Assembly (NCBI RefSeq): GCF_001194135.2
Contig: NC_068994.1
Location: 38,481,877 to 38,525,425, forward strand
DNA from: Octopus bimaculoides
Taxonomy: Eukaryota
Length of the DNA stretch: 43,549 nucleotides
Reading direction: 5' to 3'
The notes beneath the pieces are model-generated. The model saw nothing but the letters and a program-made list of their open reading frames with translations. It was not told where the DNA came from and did no database searches. The number at the start of each line of letters is the position of its first letter. The stretch's first letter is position 1. A program made the position numbers and the translations under genes. Shown here in pieces: positions 22,413-35,810 of the stretch.

Positions 22413-22914
22413 TTTCTAACTGCAAAACAAGTTTAAATTGAAATTCGTATTTAGAAATGTGAAAACATAGTATAGCATTTAATCCCATGAATTTAACCTC
22501 TAATTTCAATTCAGTTTATGATATATTTATCAAAGTGTAAGTTGCATACACCAGTACATATTTATATAGTAGATTTTTGAAAATCAATACCAGCTTGACA
22601 CCAGCAATAACAAATATATATCTGGTGACATTAATATGATTCTTTGATGTAATTTGCTTAAACTACCTAAAATGAAAGCAGATTATTCATAACGTGCATG
22701 CATGAGAGAGAGAGAGAGAGAGATCGCTATACAGATACGTACATAGATATCTATTGACTCCTGGTTAGCACATATCTCTTACAATTCATCCTACAATATA
22801 CTCTTTTAAACTTTTGACTGATAAAACACAAAACTTTCAAAAAGTTTCCTACATAATACTGATATTTATCCAGTTTTATTTCAGAAAAAGTGAAAAACAT
22901 ATCATGCAATATGA

Positions 22915-23030
22915 CGTTCCGTTTCTAAAGACGGTGTGGTAAATTCGAGGGAGATTTGGCTGACATTTCTAACAGGTCAAGCGAGGCCTAAACGCATCCA
23001 TGTTAGTGCATTAAGAGTAACCTCCCTTGC
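22915..23030 (+). mobile_element. Interspersed repeat in intron 1 of copy C
   Basis: ttcgaggggagatttggctgacatttctaacaggtcaagcg...ttaagagtaacctccc. Confidence 0.5.
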
Positions 23031-23516
23031 CTATCATTTGAACTTTGCACAATAATTCATTTGTTAAATTAACCATTCTAATGAAAATAGAATAATATAT
23101 ATATCTCACATTTTAGCATAAACACTTAATAAAAAATCTAACGAACGTAATCTAACAATCTATCGTCATCATAATCATAGCCTAACATTATTAACTTAAA
23201 CTATGTACATATGTGAAAACTGAGACTACTGGAAAAAGAAATATATATATTTAAAGAATGTAACTTATTTAGTTGGTAAAATAATAATAAACTGTATTTG
23301 TTTTGTGTTGAAACATCCAGCTTCAGTATTTTTAGAAAACGTATAAGGAATAATTAACTAAAAGTCTATGAAAAAATAACATTGTTACACAGGAAGTACT
23401 TATATGACTTTTGTAATGATGTAATTTTTCCAAGATGGTAGGCTACTGGGAGAAATATGACCAAATATATAAAGAACCAAGTTTATTAATCAAAATAACT
23501 TTTAATAAATACTTAC

Positions 23517-23582
23517 CCACCGTTGTCAGTTCTTTATACTGTTCCAGTGTTCAGATAGCACAAAGCTGCAGTAGTAGAGGTT
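23517..23582 (-). other. Predicted non-coding first exon of copy C
   Basis: Donor TGG|gtaagt at 23517/23516. TCAA at the initiator-equivalent position. No ATG. Confidence 0.55.
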
Positions 23583-23609
23583 GAGTAGCTTGGTATGTGC
23601 TAGTTTTAT

Positions 23610-23759
23610 GTAGTTCTATGAAGTTGGTTGTGTAGTGTGTAATGTGTGTTGTAGCCAATGACAAACAGTCTATTATTCCAATGCAAGGAAACGGAAATAC
23701 AGTCTCCAGTTCTTGCAGTAAATGATGGGCTGACTCACAGACTATTTAACTTAGACACA
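23610..23759 (-). promoter_or_regulatory. Conserved promoter block of copy C
   Basis: AGCCAATGAC 23653, GGAAACGGAAAT, TGACTCA 23731-23737. Confidence 0.7.
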
Positions 23760-24563
23760 CTTATATACAGATACACGCATATACATGTGTGCAACAAGAA
23801 GTTACCCAACTAAATGGGTGGAAATATTATTAATATTTAAAGCAATGAAATATAAAATTAAAGTATATTAAAAATATATTATATTTTAATTTCAATGTAT
23901 AAAAGTTATTTTCTTACTTCAGTCAAAGTTGCAAAAGTTTTTAATCTTAGATTCCCCTTTGGCTTTACAAAATTATCTTCTTGATACATTTCTTAGAAAA
24001 TGTTATTAAATAATATTTCAAGGAGTTAATTTCATTATAAAATTGTTGAACTCATTTGAAAATACTAAATTATGGTTCCAAATAATTGCATTGAATAATC
24101 ATTAGAATATGGGTTACTCATATTAGCATTTCTATTAGAGAACTAATACTTTTGAAATGGAAATAAGTCTGTGGAGTTTCCACATTTGAACTTTATATAA
24201 ATATTCATTAAAAGATCAGAATTAATTTCTGATACATTTCTATGTCATATAGTTAATTATCTTTTTACTTCCTCTTTTGGAAACTCCCAGTTCCTTTAAC
24301 TAATCAATAATAAATATTTTTTATATTTTTGAAAATGGTAAACTATTGCTGACAAATTAGAAACACACTGATGTATTTTGTATATTTTTATAACATATAA
24401 AAAACAATTTTACATTGGGGAAATATCATTGCTTTTCATGGAAACAAATGAAAATGGATCTATTTATGATAGGCCAAGGATTGAAATTACCCTATTTTCA
24501 ACAGTTTTTATAAAATGCCTAGAAAGCATAATGGATAGTTGTGTTGTGTATTCTTGTATGGCT

Positions 24564-24567
<4 letters not shown>

Positions 24568-24618
<51 letters not shown>
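24568..24618. repeat. (TA)n microsatellite
   Basis: Visible TA run. Confidence 0.95.
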
Positions 24619-24620
<2 letters not shown>

Positions 24621-25220
24621 AGAGAGCTTAAGTATATATATCCTGATAAGTTTCATAACACTAATGGTTATAAGTTCCCCAAAGCAAATTCTGGTAGATA
24701 TCAACTGGTACTGTGGAAGAATATTTCACTCCTAATTCTACCACTCACCTCAAATATTTTCTTTCCATTATTCCTTGGTGTGAATGAATTTACTTCAATT
24801 AAACACCAAAAATGAAGAAAAACATCTAATTTGATTACCCATTCATTTAAGGTTTATAACATTAAGAAATGTTATGATGGTGTTATATAATTTCAGTTGA
24901 CATACTCTGAAGTATTTCTTGACCAAGCATTATTGAAATACATTATGATTATTTTTTTTTTTATACTTTCATTCAAAATATTCATTGTAATATACAAACT
25001 GTTATATAAATTAAAGTTATTTTTGATATAGTTATTAATAAGATAGCTTAAATCATGCAAAAAAGTGAAGAAGACCCTGGCAAATGATTGGTAAGGTCAT
25101 CTCTGGTGGGATATAATTTGAACTTAGTACTCAAACAAACATAAAATACTACCAAGTATTTAGTCACTCGGTGTACTTAGTTCTACATTTGTGAGCCATC
25201 TGTTTCTAAGTACTTTAGCA

Positions 25221-25540
25221 TTAGTTTTGTGGTGTAGATAATGGAGGTACCTGAGCTAATGAAGGTACCTTTGGTAGTGTTGCTACTTTTGGTACGGCTG
25301 TTAGAGGTGGCTTAGAGTATGAAATAAAGGCACTTGTCATTGGTTCTGAAAATGATTGTCCAGTTATGTCAGATGTGTTACCAGTTACAGTCAAGGGTGT
25401 TTGGTCATGATTGCAAAAAGTATTATTGTCAACGTTTGGATAAGGATGTCCATTATTGTTATTTCCCCTTGATCTGTTGATTGTGTATGGAAGTTGATTT
25501 CTTCTATTCCATGTGTGATCACTTTGATAACGACACAAAT
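25221..25540 (-). CDS. Protocadherin copy D, terminal coding exon
   Basis: Acceptor atttccag|AT at 25540. ORF track 25221-25538 open to TAA. 320 nt. Confidence 0.9.
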
Positions 25541-25693
25541 CTGGAAATATATCAATTTAAAGGTTACCTTGTTTAAATTTTTTCTTTTTCTTTTTTGCCT
25601 GATGAATAGAAGCAAAGTTTCTTACATATGCTTTTCAAAATAAAAGAAAGTCAAAGTATGTGTACATTTTAATAACAGCAACTACAAAAGTAT

Positions 25694-26155
25694 GGTGCTA
25701 CTTTGGCATGTGATCTATAGGGGAGATTACTCTATGTTACTTTTTAGTTCCCTTTTCAATTTCTAAAACCCCATAAAATGTTGGCTAAAGATTTTTACAA
25801 TGTGATTAGCGACAAGAGAAAGGTTGTTGCATTTATACAAGAAGCCAGCCACTAAATTCACATTTCTTAAGAAAAAGAAATGTGCAACCTTGTCATGTGA
25901 TGTACAATTTAAAGATAGACTACTTTAGGTTACTTTTTAGCCTACTTTGTGTTAGTGCTACTTTCTGAGTGATCAACGTGAACAAATTTACTTTGGTGGG
26001 TGATCTACATGCTTATTTTAATTATTATATGGTTTTCATTTTATTAAAATACTAAGGATTGTTGAAAAAGTACATTTAAAATTTTAAGTATGTACAAAAT
26101 AATTCAAAAAGTAACAAAGTAATCTCACTTGTGGATCACATGCCAGAGTAGCACC
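25694..26155. mobile_element. MITE, 462 bp, ~50-bp imperfect terminal inverted repeats, 8-bp target-site duplication
   Basis: Left ggtgctactttggcatgtgatc pairs with right gatcacatgccagagtagcacc. Flanks are aaaagtat and aaaaatat. Copy C shows the empty site ctac-aaaaatat-aata at ~18570. Confidence 0.85.
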
Positions 26156-27334
26156 AAAAATATAGTAATACTTCCACACTGCTATGCAGATATGAAGTAG
26201 GTACACTGACAAACATTTGGTCTCATACTTAAAATAAGAAAAAAGCTTCCAAGTGCCTTAAAGGAACGATATTTATGGGTTTGACAATAATCTTGTGTTT
26301 CTGTGAGTGTGTGCACTGTACTGAGTTATTTGTTCTTCTTTTCCATTGCCCTCTCTTTTTGATGCTCACAAATATCTTTTCACAAAAAGAAACCAAGTAT
26401 ATTCAGACTAAGAGAGGAATGAGCTCCCCTAGATTTCAAACATCCAAGACACACTGCATCTCATAATGGTACACCTACAAAAGTCTCAGAATTTAAAGGG
26501 GCTCATAACCACCACTTCATCTTTATGAAAATAGAATAATTTCCTTCCATACAAAAATTACACATGCATCCCCACCACTACATATATTATATATATATAT
26601 ATATATATNNNNNNNNNNNNNNNNNNNNNNNNNNNNNNNNNNNNNNNNNNNNNNNNNNNNNNNNNNNNNNNNNNNNNNNNNNNNNNNNNNNNNNNNNNNN
26701 NNNNNNNNNNNNNNNNNNNNNNNNNNNNNNNNNNNNNNNNNNNNNNNNNNNNNNNNNNNNNNNNNNNNNNNNNNNNNNNNNNNNNNNNNNNNNNNNNNNN
26801 NNNNNNNNNNNNNNNNNNNNNNNNNNNNNNNNNNNNNNNNNNNNNNNNNNNNNNNNNNNNNNNNNNNNNNNNNNNNNNNNNNNNNNNNNNNNNNNNNNNN
26901 NNNNNNNNNNNNNNNNNNNNNNNNNNNNNNNNNNNNNNNNNNNNNNNNNNNNNNNNNNNNNNNNNNNNNNNNNNNNNNNNNNNNNNNNNNNNNNNNNNNN
27001 NNNNNNNNNNNNNNNNNNNNNNNNNNNNNNNNNNNNNNNNNNNNNNNNNNNNNNNNNNNNNNNNNNNNNNNNNNNNNNNNNNNNNNNNNNNNNNNNNNNN
27101 NNNNNNNNNNNNNNNNNNNNNNNNNNNNNNNNNNNNNNNNNNNNNNNNNNNNNNNNNNNNNNNNNNNNNNNNNNNNNNNNNNNNNNNNNNNNNNNNNNNN
27201 NNNNNNNNNNNNNNNNNNNNNNNNNNNNNNNNNNNNNNNNNNNNNNNNNNNNNNNNNNNNNNNNNNNNNNNNNNNNNNNNNNNNNNNNNNNNNNNNNNNN
27301 ATATATATATATATATATACACATATATACAGTA

Positions 27335-27560
27335 CAGGCACTGACTGTCTGCATGGTAAAGAAATTGGTTTTAGGTTCAGTCCTACTTTATAGCGCCCTG
27401 GGTAAGTGATTTCCACTGTAGTCTCAGGCCAACTTAAGCTTTTCGAGTGGTAAATGGAAATTGAAAACAAAGGCTGTTCTATATAAATGTCTGTGTGTGT
27501 GTAAGGGTTATGTGTTTATGTCTCCCTGTTTTGACATCACGGTATAGTTGTCAACGACCT
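27335..27560 (+). mobile_element. Degenerate tRNA-derived SINE in intron 3 of copy D
   Basis: Homologous in sequence and position to 18995-19200. Contains ggttcagtcc. Confidence 0.6.
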
Positions 27561-27781
27561 TCAAACCTTAGGGAAAGACTGTCTTGCTTGGATACAAGTG
27601 AAGATTAGTGACATGAAGAACATCTTGGTCATGAAAAATTATTAGCCTTGTTGAATGCTGTTCAGCCAATCTAAGCATGGAAGCATGAACGTCAGAACTG
27701 ATGATGATGGTAACTGACTATCAAAATACATAAGCAAATTATTGGACTATAGTGTAGAAATATTCAGTATTTCTAACTTAC

Positions 27782-27932
27782 CTGGCAGTTCCTCATAGTG
27801 CCCAGCACTGCCGATACTCCAGCCATGACCACTATCAGTGAGAGATGACAATGTTGACATCTCAGTGAATTGGTCAGCACTATTTAGTTCTCTGAAACCT
27901 GGAGACATACTTTCTTCTCTTGGAACAAACAT
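27782..27932 (-). CDS. Protocadherin copy D, 151-nt cytoplasmic exon
   Basis: ttttag|ATG acceptor, CCAG|gtaagt donor. Confidence 0.9.
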
Positions 27933-28214
27933 CTAAAAACAGTAAATAGAACCACTCTATTCCATATTTCTAGTTTTATTTGTATATTATTAGACATATA
28001 GGCAATGTTAATTATCATGTGACTTAGTATAAAATATTGAACAATAATTTAGAATCTTCATCATAGAAATTAGAATTGATCAAATGTGATTATCTTCATC
28101 TTTTGCATTTTGTAGCACTGCTTTGAAAGCTCTTAGTAAATTACTTCAAATCTCATGTTAATACTGGAATTTTGAAAGGTGAAATATTTTGAAATTAATG
28201 GAAAATTGTCTCAC

Positions 28215-30798
28215 CTGTTGATTTTCTCTTAATCTTTCCATCGGCATGGTTCTGTAGTGAAGATCTCTGTTTACCACNNNNNNNNNNNNNNNNNNNNNNN
28301 NNNNNNNNNNNNNNNNNNNNNNNNNNNNNNNNNNNNNNNNNNNNNNNNNNNNNNNNNNNNNNNNNNNNNNNNNNNNNNNNNNNNNNNNNNNNNNNNNNNN
28401 NNNNNNNNNNNNNNNNNNNNNNNNNNNNNNNNNNNNNNNNNNNNNNNNNNNNNNNNNNNNNNNNNNNNNNNNNNNNNNNNNNNNNNNNNNNNNNNNNNNN
28501 NNNNNNNNNNNNNNNNNNNNNNNNNNNNNNNNNNNNNNNNNNNNNNNNNNNNNNNNNNNNNNNNNNNNNNNNNNNNNNNNNNNNNNNNNNNNNNNNNNNN
28601 NNNNNNNNNNNNNNNNNNNNNNNNNNNNNNNNNNNNNNNNNNNNNNNNNNNNNNNNNNNNNNNNNNNNNNNNNNNNNNNNNNNNNNNNNNNNNNNNNNNN
28701 NNNNNNNNNNNNNNNNNNNNNNNNNNNNNNNNNNNNNNNNNNNNNNNNNNNNNNNNNNNNNNNNNNNNNNNNNNNNNNNNNNNNNNNNNNNNNNNNNNNN
28801 NNNNNNNNNNNNNNNNNNNNNNNNNNNNNNNNNNNNNNNNNNNNNNNNNNNNNNNNNNNNNNNNNNNNNNNNNTGATGGTTCATTTGAAATAAGTGTTTT
28901 TCATTTCCTCTGAGTATTTCATATGTGAGGAAGGCATTGTGTTGACTGTCTCTGTCAGAGGCCCTAACAACCGTAATATCATGGTCAGAGTGGGGATGGT
29001 AGTGGACATTAAGACTGAAAGGGTTAACATTAGGGAAACTGAAATAGGGAGCATTATCATTTAAATCCATAACCTCAACAACAACATTTGCTGTGTTCTC
29101 CAGTGATGGTGTTCCTTTATCTTTTACTAAAACCTTAAACTCATACATGTTCTTTTCTTCCCTGTCTAGTGACTCAGTTGTGGAAATAAATCCCACATCA
29201 GATATCTGAAATGGTAGAATATCTTTTCCATTAAATAACAAAGAATAGGTTAATTGTCCTCCATCGCCAATATCTGGGTCTGTAGCATTGACATATCCAA
29301 CAGGGAAGTCTTTGTGTTCATTTTCATAGGTGAGAAACTTAAATGTGTCCTGACTAAACTGAGGTTGTACATCATTTATGTCAGTAACCAGCATAGAAAA
29401 CTGTTTCTCTACTGTCAATGGAGGNNNNNNNNNNTCATTTATGTCAGTAACCAGCATAGAAAACTGTTTCTCTACTGTCAATGGAGGTAAACCATTATCT
29501 TGACATTTAATGGTGAAATTAAATCTCTTCTCACTCTCTCTATCTATTTCACTCTTGACAATAACTTTGTATTTCTTTTCAGAAATTGAGAGAAGCTGAA
29601 GGTATTTATTTTGTAAATGACACTTCACTTGTCCATTTACTCCACTGTCATTGTCAGTAACTTTGACATAAGCAACGAAGCTGTGAATCTGAGTTGCTTC
29701 TGAGATGATAGCTGTGTTTCCAGTTGACTTTAAGACAAACTTGACATCAATGGTTGGTGAATTGTTAATGTGACTGACACCATTTATGAAAACAGTGGCA
29801 GTTGAGGACATAGGAAGTTTACCATTATCTGTGGCTTTGACAAGTATTTTATAGGATTTTCTAAACTGAAATTTTGTTGTTACAAATAAGTCTCCAGTTA
29901 CTCTATTCAATCGAAAGCATTTTTTAATCTTATTAGGTGTTTTAGCACTGAGAGTATAAGAAATTTTTCCATTTTCCCCCATATCTAAATCTGTGGCAGA
30001 AAGTCTTATGATAGGTTTGTTCATCTGGTCTGTATCATTGATAGTGATGTTATAGATATTCTGGGAGAACAGTGGAGAGTTATCATTTTCATCTTGTACT
30101 GATATTATTATATCCAGTACACCTTCCTTTTGTGGGGATCCACCATCTCTTGCAATTAACTGAATATTGTAAATGTCTTTTGTCTCACGATCTAAGTTGC
30201 CTTCTAAAATTAGTTGTAATAAATCTGTTCCATCTAATTTTTTAGAAACAAACAGTTTGAAAGGAATATCTTCACCTTTTTTAAGCTGGTATGTAAGTTT
30301 AGAATTCTGAGTACTGACATCATTGTCTATGGCTTTTGGAATTCTTCCTTTTGAATCTTTTGAGTGACTTTCATCAAACTGTATATGAAATTCTTGTTTG
30401 GGAAAAATGGGATAATTATCATTGACATCTTCTATCATAACTTTGATTTCTAATATCTTGATAAAAGAATGGTCATGTAGAACTGCTATTTCCAATAACC
30501 TGAAACATTCCACATTATATAGACACAGAGATTCTGCATCCAGTATTGCAGCTGTGTACAGTTTCCCTCCAGGTGTAACATTAAATAACTGAACACTTCC
30601 ATCGGTACCACCCTGGAGTATATTAAATGTCAGTTTGTTGCTATCATCCTGAGACTGTATATTATGCAGTAACTGTGTATCAGTGACAATATCTCCAATG
30701 TAGCTGTGTATATCATTATTCTCTTTCATATGGTAGATATGATCCACACACCAGCAGCTGTCAGCCATTAACAACACCAACAATATCACTGAAATCAT
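28215..30798 (-). CDS. Protocadherin copy D, large exon (gaps 28278-28873 and 29425-29434)
   Basis: MISVILLVLLMADSCWC signal peptide, EC1-EC6 start. Acceptor ctttttcag| at 30805. 3' end reads VVNRDLHYRTMPMERLRENQQ|gtgag at 28215. Confidence 0.92.
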
Positions 30799-30985
30799 GT
30801 TTAATCTGAAAAAGAATTCTTTAATTAAAGTTTGTATATACAAATGTGAATCTAATAAATGTAAAGAAAATATGCTTTAACATTTAGTGCCTTTATATTA
30901 TTCTCTAAATTCAATTTAGTTTCAGATATTTAATCCAAATTTTTAGTTTTGCATACAACTGAATACACACACACACATGCACATA

Positions 30986-31026
<41 letters not shown>

Positions 31027-32289
31027 TTTCCATGTATATATATGCATATGTGTGTGTATATATATATACATACATAGGTTCATCACTTACTAGTGTGTAT
31101 AAGTGATTAGCATGTAGCTGTACCATGCTTTGTTAATCATGGGCAGAATATGCTTGTGAACATACATACATATGTAGTATTCTTAATTACAATATGCAAT
31201 AGATTCTACATGCTTGATACAACGAATTATTGAACTCTTTTATAGTTTTACATGCATAATAAAGAGCACACATAAACACAAACATAGAGAAACAGATAGA
31301 GAGATTGACCATGTATAATAACACATGTAAATTGAATTTAACTCAGATCTGACAATGAATACACATATGTTAAACAAAGTAATCCATATAAACAAAAATT
31401 AATGATGCGAATAAAAACTAAATATAAAGCCTCTGAAGACACTTTTCTCATCTGAATCTAACAGTACAGATTAGATTTTGCTATTACGTTGAATATTAGT
31501 ACACGCACAATTAGTGTTGAATCTTTTATGTTATTGACTCCAAGTCAACCATGATCAACAATTGTTGATCCCTATACAACACAACTAAATGTCTCCTGCC
31601 CATTCGAATGACGAATAGAGTGGGATCTGAGTGAGGTATGGGTTTTATTTTCAATAATCACGCTATGGCTCTATCGTTGGGTCAATAAGAATAAACTCTC
31701 TTGCAATGTGAGGAAAATTAGCTGTTATTTCTAATAGTCCCAATAACCACATAATGGCTCGATCGTTGGTTCATTAGAAGTAATCTCCCTTGATGATAAA
31801 TGTGTCTATGCTATCATTTTAAATTAAAACAACCTACTGGAAATATATTATGCTATATTTTAAAATGAAGCGGAAAAAGAAAAAAAGAAAAGAAAAGAAA
31901 AATAAATTAAAGTAATCTACATCTTGTAATAATCATGCTTATATCCTATCATTATTAACTTATATTCTGACTAAATATGACCAGATTAAGAATATTGTAT
32001 AAAACAAATACAGTAAATATTTTGATGGATGTAATAGCTACATATATATTATTTTAAATAATGGTACACTGAATGTGTTCTTCCAAAAAATTAATTTTAA
32101 ATATTTCTTGAAAATGTATTTTGAACAGTTAACTAAAGATCACCAAAAAAAAAAGAAAATCATTATTCAGGAAGTACTAATCTGATATATACTGGTGTAG
32201 TTTGACAAAGATGGTTGGTAATTAGGAGAGATGAACAAATATTTAAATAACCAATTTCATTGTTAAAATAGTTTCTAATAAATACTTAC

Positions 32290-32362
32290 CAACAGTTGTC
32301 GTTTGTAAAGTTGTTAGTGTATTATTACAGTGTTCTGGCAACAAAGTTGTAGCAATAGTTCT
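32290..32362 (-). other. Predicted non-coding first exon of copy D
   Basis: Donor TTG|gtaagt at 32290/32289. TCAGA at 32362. No ATG. Confidence 0.6.
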
Positions 32363-32389
32363 GAGTAGTTTGGTATGTAATAGTTTTAT

Positions 32390-32539
32390 ATAGTTCTGTC
32401 AAGTTCGTTGTGTAGTATGTAATGTGTGTTATAGCCAATGACAAGCTGTCTATTATTCCAGTGCAAGGAAACGGAAATACAGCCTCCAGTTCTTGCAGTA
32501 AATGGTAGGCTGACTCACACAATATTTCACTTAGACACA
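32390..32539 (-). promoter_or_regulatory. Conserved promoter block of copy D (distal CCAAT changed to CCAGT)
   Basis: AGCCAATGAC 32433, GGAAACGGAAAT, TGACTCA 32511-32517. Confidence 0.7.
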
Positions 32540-34004
32540 CTCATATATAAATACATACATATACATGTGTGTGGTGAGAAGGTACACAACTAAATGGATG
32601 AAAATAAGTTTTAAAGTTATGAAATATAAAATATGAAAGATAAAATTATCATATTTTAAAAATATGTTAGATTTTAAATTTAAGAGAGAAAAATTATTTT
32701 CTAACTTCAGTCAAAGTTACAAAACTTTTTATTTTAACTTCCACTTTGGTTTTACAAAATCATCTGTTTGAGACATCCTTAAAAAATGTAATTAAATGAT
32801 ATTTTGATGTGTTGATTTCATAAAATAAGTATTGATCTCATTTGAAAATATGTCATTATGACTCCAAATAATTATGTTGAATGATTAGAATAGGGGTAAT
32901 TCTTATTTGTATTCCTAGAAGAGAACTAATACTTTTGAAAAGGAAATAAATCTTTGTAAATTTCACATTTGAAACCTAAAATAAATATTCATTAAAATTG
33001 AAGCCTCTTCATTAAAAGAAGATCTGAATTCATTTCTAATATATTCATAAGCCATGTATTCAATTTTCTATATTTTTCATTTCTGTCCATTTCTTTTTTT
33101 CTTTATTTTTCGTTTGTCTTGGAAACTCCCATTTCACTTATCAACAAATCAATATTGCATATTGCTTTGACATAGTAAATTATTCTTGAAAATTTGGACA
33201 CAGAGTTAAGTCTTTTGTTTACTTTTACAACGTATCAAAAATATTTCAAAGAAGGAAATTATCATTGCCGTTTTTAACTTAAATAGCAATGTTTTTATTT
33301 CAGATTGGTTATAATTTCCATATTTTATCCTATCGTCAATGATTCTAACATGAAAGTGCCCAGAGAGTATAAAGAATAGGTGTGTTCAATATTTCTTGCA
33401 TGGCTGCAGTGTGTGTGTGTGTGTGTGTGGATATAGATATATATATTCAGTTACCATCAGTAAATATATTCTCATGGCTTCAATAACACTTATGGTTATA
33501 AGTTCCTCTAAGCAAACTTTAGTTGGTATCAGTTGTTAATTCCAAATAGTTAGGTAATTCTCTCATATTTTCTATAGTTATTCTTTGATGTGAATGAATT
33601 TACTTCAATTCAAGACTAAAGAAAACAAAATAAAAAGTCCTATTTGGTGAAAATTTATCGTAAATTTCTAAGTTCAAGAAATGTTATGACAACGTTATAT
33701 GACTTTTGTAAAATATATTCTAAAATATCACCTGATCAAATATTAATATGAAAGTATTTTATAATTACTTATAATCTTTTCATTCAAATATTTGTTGTAA
33801 TATACAAACTCTTTTATATAAGGTAAAGTTATTATTGGTAGTGTTACTAGTAAGAGCAAGTTTAAATTATTTGATTAGCTAAAGAAGACCCTGGCAAATG
33901 ACCTGCTACGTTATAATTTGAACTTAGTATGCAGACAAGTGCAAGGTTTTGAGGCAGGCACTGATCCAGTTCAGCAACTTCCTGCCATTTAAAAAATGTT
34001 AGCA

Positions 34005-34303
34005 TTAGATATGTGATGTCGATAGAGGAGGTACCTCAGGTAACGTTGTTACTTTAGGTACTGCTGGTAGAGGTGGTTTACAGTTAGAAGTGAAGGCACT
34101 TGTCATTGGTACTGAAGATGGTTGTTCACTTATATTGGATGTGGTCCCAGTTATATTCAAAGGGATTTGGTCAAGATGACTAGAATTGTTAACATTTGGT
34201 TGGTAGTGATAGCAATAATTGTTATCTCCCCTTGATCGTTTGAGTGTGTGTGGAAGTTGATTTCTCCTATTCCATGTGTGATCACTTTGATAACGACATA
34301 GAT
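34005..34303 (-). CDS. Protocadherin copy E, terminal coding exon (8 codons shorter than A, B and F)
   Basis: Acceptor atttccag|AT at 34303. Hand translation is open to TAA at 34007-34005 (...TLPEVPPLSTSHI*). 299 nt. Confidence 0.87.
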
Positions 34304-35063
34304 CTGGAAATATATCGATTTATAGGTTAGCTTTTATAAAATTATTATGCATGATAAATGGAAGCAAAATTTCTTAGGAAGGTTGTTAGTAACGAAAAAT
34401 CGAAGTATGAATGTATGTAAAAACATGAATAACGTCTAACTACTACATAGATATGAGCATGATGTACAAAATCAAAGATTTGGTTTCACATTCAAAATAA
34501 GAATAAACGTTCCAAGTGTTTTAAATAAACGATATTTATGGGTTTGGTAATAATATTTTATATATTTATGAATGAGTGTGCATGTGTGTGCATAACACAC
34601 TGCTGAAGCATGGAATAAACTACCTGCATCAGTTGTTAGCTGTCTATACACTACATCCTCCAGAATTTCCATACTTCTTGAAATTCACCAACAGTACACC
34701 CAACTCTGTTTCATTGTTTGTCCAAAGAATTTTTCACTGTTCACTTCCTGAGCGTATTCTATGTACTGTTGATGCTTTCTCTTATGAGTAGTACATTCTC
34801 TGATGAGTGGTAGTGTACCGAAGCACTGCATACAAGTTCATTATATTATTATATTATGCTTCTCTCTCTTCCTCTCTAACAAACATTCATTCAAAAAGAA
34901 ATCGATTATATTCAGACCTGGAGATGGATGTGGTCTACAAGGTTTAAAATCTCCAGGTCACACTATATCTCATAATGGTACACCTCCACCTATATCAGTA
35001 TTTAAAGGCACCCCCATAACCACTACAAACACACCGTGTGTGTGTTTGTTTGTGTGTGTGTGT

Positions 35064-35479
35064 TATTTCTTTACTACCCACAAGGGGCTACACACAGAGC
35101 TGACAAACAAGGACAGACAAACGGATTAAGTCGATTATATCGACCCCAGTGCGTAACTGGTACTTATTTAATCGAACCCGAAAGGATGAAAGGCAAAGTC
35201 GACCTCAGCGGAATTTGAACTCAGAACGTAGCGGCAGATGAAATACCTATTTCTTTACTGCCCACAAGGGGCTACACACAGAGGGGACAAACAAGGACAG
35301 GCAAACGGATTAAGTCGATTATATCGACCCCAGTGCGTAACTGGTACTTATTTAATCGACCCCGAAAGGATGAAAGGCAAAGTCGACCTTGGCGGAATTT
35401 GAACTCAGAACGTAGCGGCAGATGAAATACCACTAAGCATTTCGCCTGGCGTGCTAACGTTTCTGCCAGCTCGCCGCCT

Positions 35480-35480
<1 letters not shown>
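35064..35480 (-). mobile_element. Young tRNA-derived SINE with a 184-bp tandem duplication of its 3' part
   Basis: Minus strand reads aaggcggcgagctggcagaaacgttagcacg...ttctgagttcaaattcc. Repeat units start at 35064 and 35248 and are near-identical. Confidence 0.85.
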
Positions 35481-35514
<34 letters not shown>

Positions 35515-35574
35515 TGGGTTCTCCTTTATAAAAGTAAAATTAGTAATTTCCTTGCAAAGAAAATTATATAAATG

Positions 35575-35810
35575 GCGTAGGCACTGGCTTGTCTGTGTGG
35601 GTAAGAATTTCACTTGTCAATCATATGGCTTCAAATTTAATATCACTGCATGGAACCCTGGGCAAGTGTCTTCTAATACAGCCCTAGGCTGACAAAAGCT
35701 ATGTGAATGGTGAATGGAAACTGCCGGAAAAAGACTTGTGTGCATGGGTTTGGGGTGAGTACTTATGTGGCCTTGTCTTGACGTCATGTGATAGTTGTCA
35801 ACGACCTTCA
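35575..35810 (+). mobile_element. Degenerate tRNA-derived SINE in intron 3 of copy E
   Basis: aggcactggcttgtctgtgtgg...ctgggcaagtgtcttctaatacagcc...tggaaactg. Confidence 0.6.

Noticed and set aside
26523-27470. ORFs made of X runs or YI/HT/CV repeats (also 2624-3108, 15162-15398, 19906-20740, 38900-39820)
   Set aside because: Artefacts of N-gaps and dinucleotide microsatellites.
29372-29487. Apparent tandem duplication PPLTVEKQFSMLVTDIN in EC4 of copy D
   Set aside because: An identical ~53-bp sequence lies on both sides of a 10-N gap, the typical signature of an unmerged contig overlap.
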